Assembly (NCBI GenBank): GCA_022451235.1
Contig: JAKUOA010000007.1
Location: 16,188-80,187, forward strand
Direction of reading: 5' to 3'
Length of the DNA: 64,000 nt
DNA from: Candidatus Thalassarchaeum sp.
GTDB lineage: Archaea; Thermoplasmatota; Poseidoniia; Poseidoniales; Thalassarchaeaceae
The notes beneath the pieces were generated by a model. The model was given only the letters and a program-made list of their open reading frames with translations, made no database searches and had not been told where the DNA came from. Each line of letters opens with the position of its first letter. Position 1 is the stretch's first letter. A program made the position numbers and the translations under genes. Shown here one piece after another: positions 1 through 7,683 of this stretch.

Positions 1-1085
1 ATATTCCGTCCAACATGCTTCTCTATGGAGTTCCTGGATCTGGAAAGACGGTGGTAACTCGATTTGTCTTAGGTCAACTCAGACAAAAGGGGAGGGAAAT
101 GGGACAACCTGTGAGAACCTACGAAATCAACTGTAGGCAAGTAGATACCCGCTACAGAGTTGTACAGACTTTGGCAACAAAATTGTCTGAACGGGGTGAT
201 GTGCCAATTCCATTTACTGGCTGGCCTACCGACAGAGTCCTAGAACAACTAATCGAAAGGATGGACCGTGCTGGAGGTGTTCACATCATTGTACTCGATG
301 AAATTGACAATCTAGTTGAACGCGCGGGGGATAATCTGCTGTATAATTTAACTAACCTAAACACAATTCTCAAACGCTCTAGGTGTTGTATTATTGGAAT
401 TAGTAATGATTTGCACTTCACACAACTACTCGACCCAAGAGTATCTGGTCGACTCGGGCAAGAGGATCTAATTTTTCATCCATACGGAGCATCGGAAATT
501 ACCGATATTCTTACTGAGAGAGCTAAGACTGGACTGCGAGAAGATGTTCTAGAACAGGGGGTTGTGCAACTTTGTGCTGCCTTGGCTGCACAAGAACATG
601 GTGACGCACGTCGGGCTTTGGACCTTTTACGAATTTCAGTTCAAAAGGCTGAACAACGCTCTCAGACAAAGGTAGATCCAAGACACGTACGACTCGCACA
701 ATCACAATTGGAGCACGACCAAGTCACACCTGTATTGCAGACTCTTCCACTTCATCAGAAGTTAGTCCTGTTCGCAATCAGAATAAACGAGGATAATGGA
801 CTGCGAAACATCTCGACTGGCGAAGTGTACAGAACATACTCTGATGCTTGCCTGAATGTTAACGTCGAGCCATTGACTCCAAGGAGAATCTCTACTTTGC
901 TAAATGAATTAGATACACTTGGCATGATTATGGCTCGTAATGTAAGCAAGGGAAGAGGTGGGCGCAGTAAGCAGGTCAACTCTGCAGTCCCAAAGACTGT
1001 CGATGCAATAACCACGATGAGTGATGCAGACCCACTAATCGCTGAAGCCGCTCGTTGCCGCTATAGATTACAGAGTCATCTGTGA
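1..1085 (+). CDS. cdc6: Orc1/Cdc6 replication initiator (AAA+ plus C-terminal winged helix), 5' end cut by window edge
   Basis: Frame is open from nt 3. Walker A LLYGVPGSGKT lies at the very start, followed by Walker B IIVLDEID and the sensor region GDARRALDLLR, then a wH-like C-terminus. The ORF-track Met at 15 is internal. Confidence 0.9.
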   Translation, partial: IPSNMLLYGVPGSGKTVVTRFVLGQLRQKGREMGQPVRTYEINCRQVDTRYRVVQTLATKLSERGDVPIPFTGWPTDRVLEQLIERMDRAGGVHIIVLDEIDNLVERAGDNLLYNLTNLNTILKRSRCCIIGISNDLHFTQLLDPRVSGRLGQEDLIFHPYGASEITDILTERAKTGLREDVLEQGVVQLCAALAAQEHGDARRALDLLRISVQKAEQRSQTKVDPRHVRLAQSQLEHDQVTPVLQTLPLHQKLVLFAIRINEDNGLRNISTGEVYRTYSDACLNVNVEPLTPRRISTLLNELDTLGMIMARNVSKGRGGRSKQVNSAVPKTVDAITTMSDADPLIAEAARCRYRLQSHL

Positions 1086-1187
1086 GAAAATTCACCTTTC
1101 GATGGTTTTCTTGGCCTATTCTGCTAGAAATTTAGAGGCCCTTTAGGGCCTCAACGGTTAAACCGAGTTCTTGGGTCGCCGCACTCG

Positions 1188-1718
1188 ATGTCACTCTCTG
1201 ACAACGACTGGTACTCGGCGCTCACTCGCCCAAGTAGAACAGCTTCTACAGTTATGCTACTACTAGGAGGATGGGTTCTATTACTCACGATTGTCAACAT
1301 TACAGTTGGTGCATATTCTCCAGGATTCAAGGCTCTATGGCTTGGATTCCTCAGCAACGGGTCTCTTGGTGATGTATATACCGACCACGATGGTATCTCA
1401 GTTGTGGTCGATGATATTGCCTTCGGGATTCTAGGAATTATCTTGGTCGCTATGGGTCATTTAGGGATGAATAAGGCCGTCGAAGGTGGTACTGTTTCAG
1501 CGATTAAAAGTCTTCCAAACTGTATGTCTGGCTTATTTTCCGGTGAAAACGGAATCAGGAAAACTGTTGCAGATTGGATGATTGCCTTTGCAATCATCTT
1601 CTATCTTGCATGGTCAACACAATACAATACATGGGTGGACCCTGGGGTATTCGCTGTCAGTGTAATTCCGTTCATGTTTGGTTTTGGCCTAAATATGTTA
1701 GATAAGGCCGAATCTTGA
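1188..1718 (+). CDS. Hypothetical integral membrane protein (about 4 TM segments)
   Basis: ATG start; four long hydrophobic stretches (e.g. VMLLLGGWVLLLTIV, IAFGILGIILVAMG); no recognisable family motif. Confidence 0.6.
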   Translation: MSLSDNDWYSALTRPSRTASTVMLLLGGWVLLLTIVNITVGAYSPGFKALWLGFLSNGSLGDVYTDHDGISVVVDDIAFGILGIILVAMGHLGMNKAVEGGTVSAIKSLPNCMSGLFSGENGIRKTVADWMIAFAIIFYLAWSTQYNTWVDPGVFAVSVIPFMFGFGLNMLDKAES

Positions 1719-1726
1719 GATTCTTC

Positions 1727-2740
1727 TCAAGCTCTATCCATTGCTGCTAGAAGTTCTCGACAGCGCGATTTGGAATCAGAGCCAGTCCACCGAAGTACGA
1801 CTCCTCGATTTGGCTGTCCATAGAGTACCACAGCGCCTAATGGGGCCATTGGATGGAGAAGCAAAGGTGCAAGGTCTTCTTCACCGTCTACATGGATTAA
1901 AGTCGTCTTGCTTTCATTGCTCCAAGCCTCTAATGCACCTGCACAAGCATGGAATAAATCGGCATTTAATTGACCGGCTGGATTCTTACAAGTGAGTCTT
2001 TCATCGTAAAGAGATGTGTCGATTGTAGAAGCTTCTTCCCATTCCTGCCGCTTAGTCTTACCATCGATTAAAGCGATGTCCGCTGGACTTCCGAAATCTT
2101 GTAAGGCTTTTACCGTGACATCTCCAACTGCGATAATTGGGCCGTGACTACCAAATATTTCTTCTAAAACGGCGCGCATTGCTACACTCGTATCATCCTC
2201 TGGGCCCTCAAACAATTGACCGAATGGATCTTTGAGATTCACTTCGACCTCTTTTGTTAAGATAAGATCGGCTTCTCCCACATTCTCCGGAAGATAGGAT
2301 TGGCCTTCTTTGTCTATCTCACCTTGGCGAATTCTAGAGCTAGAAATTGGTTTGCCTGCGTGACCGATTACATGCTCGACCTTGAGGATTTCAAGATGAA
2401 CTAAGCCATTACTCTCGCGCGCTTGATTAATTCTCTGGCAACCCAATACTGTTTCTGGTGTACACAATATTGCTGAAGCATTTTCGTGCCAAGGTGCAGG
2501 TCCATCTTCGTCTTCCAGTAAATGAATAGATATTCGAGAGGAATTTTCACCAATAGATTCGACAAATTTTAGTGATCTTTCAGACCATGATTCTATTCGA
2601 GGGTCTTTTGCCTGAGCTATTTGGTCGCTGGTTAACCATACCTCAAGTCTTTGACAATTTGATAGACCATGCTCAATCAGTGCCCTATGCCCTGCATGGA
2701 AGCGGTCGAAGGTGCCGCCAACCAGTCCTAGTGAATGCAT
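1727..2740 (-). CDS. Fusion: archaeal-type phosphopantetheine adenylyltransferase (N-terminal) + DUF359-type GTP-dependent dephospho-CoA kinase (C-terminal)
   Basis: N-terminal half has GGTFDRFHAGH (HxGH nucleotidyltransferase motif) and ISSSRIRQGEID. C-terminal half has IIAVGDVTV, LIDGKTKR, VDGEEDLAPL and VLYGQPNRGVV, as in the DUF359/TK1697 family. Confidence 0.8.
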   Translation of the reverse strand: MHSLGLVGGTFDRFHAGHRALIEHGLSNCQRLEVWLTSDQIAQAKDPRIESWSERSLKFVESIGENSSRISIHLLEDEDGPAPWHENASAILCTPETVLGCQRINQARESNGLVHLEILKVEHVIGHAGKPISSSRIRQGEIDKEGQSYLPENVGEADLILTKEVEVNLKDPFGQLFEGPEDDTSVAMRAVLEEIFGSHGPIIAVGDVTVKALQDFGSPADIALIDGKTKRQEWEEASTIDTSLYDERLTCKNPAGQLNADLFHACAGALEAWSNESKTTLIHVDGEEDLAPLLLHPMAPLGAVVLYGQPNRGVVLRWTGSDSKSRCRELLAAMDRA

Positions 2741-2778
2741 CGTTAACCACCGGGTGTATCAAGTCTTGAGACCTTTGG

Positions 2779-2783
2779 AAAAA
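2779..2783 (-). terminator. Oligo-T (T5) tract immediately 3' of the structured RNA on the minus strand
   Basis: The minus strand reads ...CCCCGGGGCACACAC-TTTTT-CC. Oligo-T tracts are the usual archaeal termination signal. Confidence 0.4.
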
Positions 2784-3110
2784 GTGTGTGCCCCGGGGCG
2801 TAACGGTGACTTTCATAGCGATGCTCGGGCACCTGACCCACCCCGGGACGTCTGTTGGACTGTGGGGTTGTCCCGTAAGTCATTCCGGTCTCTTCCGTTC
2901 TCGGTCATCCGGGGACCCATCACAATCCGACCGCATGTTTTGCACCGACGATCATTCCCCAGCAGTGGGTCACGTCGGTCTTCGACATACGGCAAATCCC
3001 GTTCCGTGGTACCGTGATTCATCCTACTAACTCCGGCGTGGGGCTTTCGTCGGCACGGTGTTGCCGGTCGGGCAACGCTGGGTCAAGGGGTCCCTTGATG
3101 AACCCCTCGC
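2784..3110 (-). ncRNA. Structured GC-rich RNA (~325 nt) with a K-turn; best guess a divergent archaeal RNase P RNA, identity unresolved
   Basis: The island is visibly more GC-rich than its flanks and carries only overlapping R/S/P-rich pseudo-ORFs on both strands. Hand-paired helices are nested and include a long hairpin at 2930-2993 with a consensus kink-turn. GACGAAAGCC lies near the 5' third, CCACGGAAC resembles the RNase P CCACAGAAA junction, and UAUGAAAG lies near the 3' end. A TATA-like box sits upstream and T5 downstream on the minus strand. Confidence 0.55.
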
Positions 3111-3136
3111 ATAGAAATTCGAATAGAAAATGAGGG

Positions 3137-3145
3137 TAATTTTAC
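3137..3145 (-). promoter_or_regulatory. TATA-like box (GTAAAATTA on minus strand) 27-35 nt upstream of the first G of the structured RNA
   Basis: A/T-rich spacer 3111-3172 lies between the stop of the upstream gene and the GC island. The position fits archaeal TATA spacing. Confidence 0.3.
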
Positions 3146-3172
3146 AAATTTTCTGTATTTTACCAACTTTAA

Positions 3173-5791
3173 TCACAATTGACTTTGTGCACCGGATAAC
3201 CCCTCATGATAACCGGAAGTTCGTAATATGATTCTCTCAGAAATATGGGAATCACCTTGCATTGCTACCTCATTACTAATCGGTGGCCATTTCTCGATTG
3301 GTTGGGCTAACCAACCAACCATTGGGTGAGTTCTTCCGGTACTTGGTGATCCGCCCTCTAGAACTGTATCAAGCGATTCCAGCAGGTCTAGAAGTGGAGC
3401 CGCAGTTTCTGGTAAGGTTCCTCTTTCACTCCTTGACCTAAGTCTTCTAGCGAGCGAGTTACGAATTTCAGGGCTACATCCAGGGTGATACCTATCACTT
3501 AGCCCTGGCGCACTACTAGGTTCGCCTTTTGGCCTTAGGATTGCAGCACTCCAAGATATTGGATTATCAAACAACCAATCCAAAGAAGATTCCTCAGATA
3601 GAAGATTAGTCAATAACTCAGGAGCCAATAAAGCCCACCAGTCTAATGGTAAATTGGCAATTATGACCTCCAAGTCTTCTATCTGCAGTTGTTTAGAATC
3701 GCGAATTCTTTCTACCAATAAAGACCAAATCTTGAGATCGTGGTCGATTGGGAATTCATTTGCCCTTCTCAAAATCCCTTGCAAAACAGGACCATAACTA
3801 GTCACATCGACCTGCTGGCTTGTGTAAATCCAATCAACTGATTGAAGGGCGGCTAAAGAATTACTTGGTGGATGTACAAGCCAAGCCTCTAATGCCCAGC
3901 GGATAAGATCCTCCTGCATATCTTCGGGCAACCATGCTGCATTACTGAGAAGCTGGGCTGCTACCCAAGATGCACCTGGAGACGCATTTGTTGGATCGGT
4001 AGCTGGGCGTGTGCGAAGTGCTATTTCGGAATCATTGTGAAGAAGTAAGCGAAGTTTATCAGCAAAAATCTCCAATACTCTTGGAGGCGCTTCATCAGCT
4101 ACTTCTGCAAGTCTCTCAAGTGGTAAATATTCCAAATCCAGTAGGGCAATCCATTCAGAATCAAGTCTAGACCGTAATCTCTGCCAACGGTGCCATCGTG
4201 TCTTTGGAGGAGATGCAATCCAAGCGGCTATTGGATAACTCGCCTCCATCATGTTCGACCAGTCCTCATTTCCTTCAGGGAATTGAGCAATTGCTGAACC
4301 TATCATTGATGAATCCTCTATCTTGCTTGAGGATTTTTCATCTTCTAAACCTAAGATGACCCATGGGGAAGGTGCTACCTCCTGATCCTCAGTTACTTCA
4401 GGAGCTGTAGGCACGGGGTCTACCAATCGCACAGGCAAATCCCTACCACCAAGAGTGCGGAGCCTTAGCCAAGGTAGAGGCCTTAGTGGGTCTACAATAA
4501 GTTCATCAAAAATTTCTAGCGATTTGCGAGGTTGAGATGAAAGTGTTAATCTCAATTTGGGATGAGAAATAACAGCGCTAAGGACGTCATCAGGGATTGT
4601 ATCGGGAATCTCTAGAACTAACGGGGGTCGTTCTTGCTCGGATACTGCCCATTCGATTAACGATGTTGCTGCCGTAGTTGATAAGCCACGGGTATCAAAA
4701 AATCTCAATCCGCTTTCTTGTGTGGAGAAAGTTGCTTCCTTCCAATCCTTCCTAAAGCGTCGCCAAGTTGATTCATCAGTCCTTACTCTTCGAGTAGAGG
4801 TCAAGCGTTCTCTCAGACTATTCAGCCTACGACGTCTTTCAGAAGGGGTCAATCGGGGATGTGCTCGATTTATCCATGAATCCAAACAAGAAATAGGATA
4901 ATTCTGGCCGCCAGAATCTAATCCCCCTAAATCCGCAATTACCATTGCGTTGGCTCTAGCAGTTCGTAGTAGCATGCTCCTAGGTAACCTTTCTTCCATA
5001 ACTGCAGATACCGGGTCTTTTGGGCGAATATCCGGAGATTGGTTATGGCAATTGCCGAGAACCCATGCTCCTCTGTGGTGACTAGCTTCTGGTAGAGGAG
5101 GATCCGGACGACGTGATGGAGATTCAAACCAAATCCCAGGGGCCAGTGCTACTGGTCTGTCTGGATCTACTAATCGTGCTCTAACTATTCCAAGGGTATG
5201 ATTTTCTCCAACATAGGACGAAATGGTTTCTGGATTATGACTTGAGGGGGGTTCTAGTAGCATTTCCATGTTGGTTAGATCAAACCATCTCGGAGATCTC
5301 TCTCTCAAGACGGCCCAAGTCCACGAGACCCCTTCGCTTCCTGTGGAGGGGCCTTCGCCAACAGAGCTCCTCAAAGGTCGATCTGGGATTAGAACAAGTG
5401 GAGATTCTATAGGGGCAAGAATTCCCAATAGAATATTTCCCCCATCTCTAGCAAGTAAGCAATAATTGTGGGAAGTTGAAGGTAATGGTAGTACCTGAAT
5501 TGCCCTCGCCAATTCGTCTGAACGTATTGCCTCCCAACCAGATTGCGTAAGATGTAGACGTGCACCACGTGCACCAGCTACTTGGTCACTTGCGACCAGT
5601 CCGTCGTTTCTCATCCTTCTTAGTTCGGCAGAAGCGTGGGGAATTCTCAATCCTGTATCGCGTGCGAGAATACTGACTGTTGTTCCACCGTCGGTTAATC
5701 GATCTAGCAATCTACGACGGTGTGCACTACGAATTCTCTTGAGAACAGGGAGACCGGAAGACGAATCGACGATTTGTGGTTCATCCGACAC
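3173..5791 (-). CDS. Large (872 aa) protein with N-terminal ArsR/MarR-like winged-helix domain; remainder unknown
   Basis: GTG start preceded by SD AGGAGGGGG. The N-terminus has SILARDTGLRIPHASAELRRMRNDGLV (HTH plus wing). The remaining ~780 aa is Trp/Leu/Arg-rich with no P-loop or catalytic motif that I recognise. Confidence 0.7.
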   Translation of the reverse strand: MSDEPQIVDSSSGLPVLKRIRSAHRRRLLDRLTDGGTTVSILARDTGLRIPHASAELRRMRNDGLVASDQVAGARGARLHLTQSGWEAIRSDELARAIQVLPLPSTSHNYCLLARDGGNILLGILAPIESPLVLIPDRPLRSSVGEGPSTGSEGVSWTWAVLRERSPRWFDLTNMEMLLEPPSSHNPETISSYVGENHTLGIVRARLVDPDRPVALAPGIWFESPSRRPDPPLPEASHHRGAWVLGNCHNQSPDIRPKDPVSAVMEERLPRSMLLRTARANAMVIADLGGLDSGGQNYPISCLDSWINRAHPRLTPSERRRRLNSLRERLTSTRRVRTDESTWRRFRKDWKEATFSTQESGLRFFDTRGLSTTAATSLIEWAVSEQERPPLVLEIPDTIPDDVLSAVISHPKLRLTLSSQPRKSLEIFDELIVDPLRPLPWLRLRTLGGRDLPVRLVDPVPTAPEVTEDQEVAPSPWVILGLEDEKSSSKIEDSSMIGSAIAQFPEGNEDWSNMMEASYPIAAWIASPPKTRWHRWQRLRSRLDSEWIALLDLEYLPLERLAEVADEAPPRVLEIFADKLRLLLHNDSEIALRTRPATDPTNASPGASWVAAQLLSNAAWLPEDMQEDLIRWALEAWLVHPPSNSLAALQSVDWIYTSQQVDVTSYGPVLQGILRRANEFPIDHDLKIWSLLVERIRDSKQLQIEDLEVIIANLPLDWWALLAPELLTNLLSEESSLDWLFDNPISWSAAILRPKGEPSSAPGLSDRYHPGCSPEIRNSLARRLRSRSERGTLPETAAPLLDLLESLDTVLEGGSPSTGRTHPMVGWLAQPIEKWPPISNEVAMQGDSHISERIILRTSGYHEGLSGAQSQL

Positions 5792-6050
5792 TAATGACCC
5801 CCTCCTAATTCAATTAGTTCGAGTCACCTACTTAAATTATCCTTTTTAGTTACATTTCATTACATATTTCTTATGGAAAAAGTAACAGTTTTATTTTTAC
5901 ACCGACTTTGATTGTGTAATCTAGCCATTTCTGTGCAACTATTTGTAACGAAGGGAGCCTGTAAGGTGCAGAACTGTTATATCAACGCCAGCCGTCCTGT
6001 CGGTAACGGACTCGATATGCGGTCGGTTTGACTTGGAGGAATAGACAGGA

Positions 6051-6329
6051 ATGGATTCGCTTAACCTGCGTAAACTCATTCGAAAATACCTCTCGGAGCG
6101 TCCGCGAAATACAATCGAGATTTCTGCTTGGCTAGCTAATCAGATGGATTCTGCGAACAGTCACTCGGACATAACAAGAATCCTAGAATCGGATGATCAC
6201 ATAACCCGAATAGGTACTGTTCGAAAGAGCGGCATGAGAAGAACTGAATCGCCTGTGTCTGAATGGGCATCCAATAGCTGGGTTGAACATCATGAGAGAA
6301 ATGAGGCCGGGCAAAAAAAGGAGAGATGA
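6051..6329 (+). CDS. Small (92 aa) winged-helix-like protein, paralogue of the next gene
   Basis: ATG with GGAGG 12 nt upstream. The pattern LRKLIRKYLSERPRNTIEISAWL...ITRIGTVRKSG aligns with the downstream ORF. Confidence 0.6.
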   Translation: MDSLNLRKLIRKYLSERPRNTIEISAWLANQMDSANSHSDITRILESDDHITRIGTVRKSGMRRTESPVSEWASNSWVEHHERNEAGQKKER

Positions 6330-6332
6330 AAA

Positions 6333-6587
6333 ATGCGAACAACAAGACTACGTCAGAAAATAAAGAAATTCCTAAACGATAGAGGAGAGGCAAATACCAC
6401 AGAAATACTCGAACACGTTAACTCCACCATGAGGCATGGAACAACACCTCAACAACTTGGAAACGTTCTATCAAAGGACAGAGATATACTCAAGATTGCC
6501 ACAACAAAGCGTGGCGGCGCACTCTCCGGTCGTTACGAAATCTGTGTTTGGACATTGAAGCCCGGAGTTCTAGAAGGCGAGAATTGA
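6333..6587 (+). CDS. Small (84 aa) winged-helix-like protein, paralogue of the previous gene
   Basis: Starts 3 nt after the previous stop, with GGAGAG inside the end of the previous gene. LRQKIKKFLNDRGEANTTEILEHV...ILKIATTKRGG aligns with the upstream ORF. Confidence 0.6.
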   Translation: MRTTRLRQKIKKFLNDRGEANTTEILEHVNSTMRHGTTPQQLGNVLSKDRDILKIATTKRGGALSGRYEICVWTLKPGVLEGEN

Positions 6588-6603
6588 AGTTAAGACTTGA
6601 CAA

Positions 6604-7614
6604 TCAGGCTTCTAATTCTATGGACCAATCGCCGCTACGAGCTAGACTGTTCATTGCCGCTCTATGAGCAAACGCATTTTGACTCTCTTCATTTGAACCG
6701 CTTGCCCAAGTCTGTAAAGCGTGCGCTAGTAAGGCCCTACCGTAAGAATAAGATAATTGCCAAGGATGTTCGGCGGCCATACCATTCATCAGATTGAGAT
6801 GTGCTGTTGCATCCTCATCTGACTGACCGCCGGATAGGAATACAATACCAGGAAGCTCGTGTGGAACATGTGCGGTAAGGCAATCCACCGTCATTTGTGC
6901 TGCATTCTCTCTAGTTCCTTGATCTTGACAGGATTTCCCTGGTAAGACCATGTTTGGCTTGAGTAAAGCCCCAGGGATGTGGACGCCCTGGACTTTACAC
7001 TCTGAAAAGGTGGCATCGAGTATTCTTGCGGTGATTTCGAAACATGTTTGTGAGTCGTGAGTACCATCCATCAACACTTCTGGCTCAATTATTGGAACCA
7101 AGCCCTGTTCCTGACAAATTGCGGCGTATCTAGCTAGAGCATGTGCATTTGTGGAAATATTTGCTTCGCTGGGCATACCATCTCCAATTCGAATTACTGC
7201 TCGCCATTTTGCAAATCTAGCACCCAAAGCGAAGTACTCCGCGCACCTTTCACGTAGTCCATCCAATCCTTCCGTGACTTTCTCACCAGAATGATTAGCC
7301 AATTCCTTGGCACCTGTATCTACTTTGATCCCAGGGTGAATTCCACGACTTGCGAGATATTCAGGTATTGGCGTACCGTCATCCATTTTTTGACGGATGG
7401 TCTCATCAAAGAGTATCACACCACTAATGGCAGATTCGTATTCAGGTGTGGCAAAGATGTTTGCTCGGTAAGCACGACGAGTTTCGGGAGATGGTTCAAC
7501 CCCGACTGCCTCAAGTCTATTTGACATTGTTCCGTTGCTCTCATCCGCGGCCAGAATCCCTCTCCCGGGCGCTACAAGTTCTCTCGCTGTTTTCTCAAGT
7601 AGTTCGGTGTCCAT
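6604..7614 (-). CDS. fba: Class I fructose-1,6-bisphosphate aldolase (classical eukaryote/bacterial type)
   Basis: GRGILAADESNGTMSNRL, the PGIKVD Schiff-base lysine region, LLKPNMV and FLSGGQS. The ORF-track TTG start was trimmed to ATG (MDTELLEK). Confidence 0.9.
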   Translation of the reverse strand: MDTELLEKTARELVAPGRGILAADESNGTMSNRLEAVGVEPSPETRRAYRANIFATPEYESAISGVILFDETIRQKMDDGTPIPEYLASRGIHPGIKVDTGAKELANHSGEKVTEGLDGLRERCAEYFALGARFAKWRAVIRIGDGMPSEANISTNAHALARYAAICQEQGLVPIIEPEVLMDGTHDSQTCFEITARILDATFSECKVQGVHIPGALLKPNMVLPGKSCQDQGTRENAAQMTVDCLTAHVPHELPGIVFLSGGQSDEDATAHLNLMNGMAAEHPWQLSYSYGRALLAHALQTWASGSNEESQNAFAHRAAMNSLARSGDWSIELEA

Positions 7615-7683
7615 TGTCGAACCTCGACCGGACGTGGTGGGATTAGGCAAAGAATCCTTTGATGGTAAAGTATGGAATTTACT

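Noticed and set aside
1135-1152. Perfect 7-bp hairpin GAGGCCC-TTTA-GGGCCTC downstream of cdc6
   Set aside because: No adjacent oligo-T tract and no known archaeal requirement for hairpin terminators. It may be incidental, so it is not reported as a feature.
1086-1187. Possible replication origin next to orc1/cdc6, also considered for the spacer 5792-6050
   Set aside because: I could find no repeated ORB-like elements flanking an A/T-rich unwinding region. The 1086-1187 spacer is short, and the cdc6 upstream side, the usual origin position, lies outside the window.
2805-3027. Idea that the RNA is a circularly permuted RNase P RNA. UAGGAUGAAU...ACGGAACGGGAUUU (2995-3027) looks like CR-IV/CR-V and lies 5' of GAAAGUCACC (2805-2814), which looks like CR-I; the two can form a 10-bp helix with two bulges.
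   Set aside because: The segment lengths do not fit any rotation of the RNase P secondary structure. The same strings also fit the non-permuted layout (P7-P10 junction and CR-IV). I treat the idea as motif pareidolia until a covariance model is run.
2712-3030. Three overlapping ORFs (101, 80 and 69 aa) on both strands inside the GC-rich island
   Set aside because: They are R/S/P/G-rich with no domain-like sequence, they mutually overlap, and they coincide with extensive base-paired structure. They are best explained as chance ORFs in a structured RNA gene.
2784-3110. Assignment of the structured RNA as SRP (7S) RNA
   Set aside because: Two consecutive 5' hairpins looked Alu-domain-like. However, neither strand contains the near-universal helix-8 signature (AGG-stem-GNAR-stem-AGCA). 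The only GNAR-capped stem is on the plus strand, which lacks the K-turn, promoter and terminator context.
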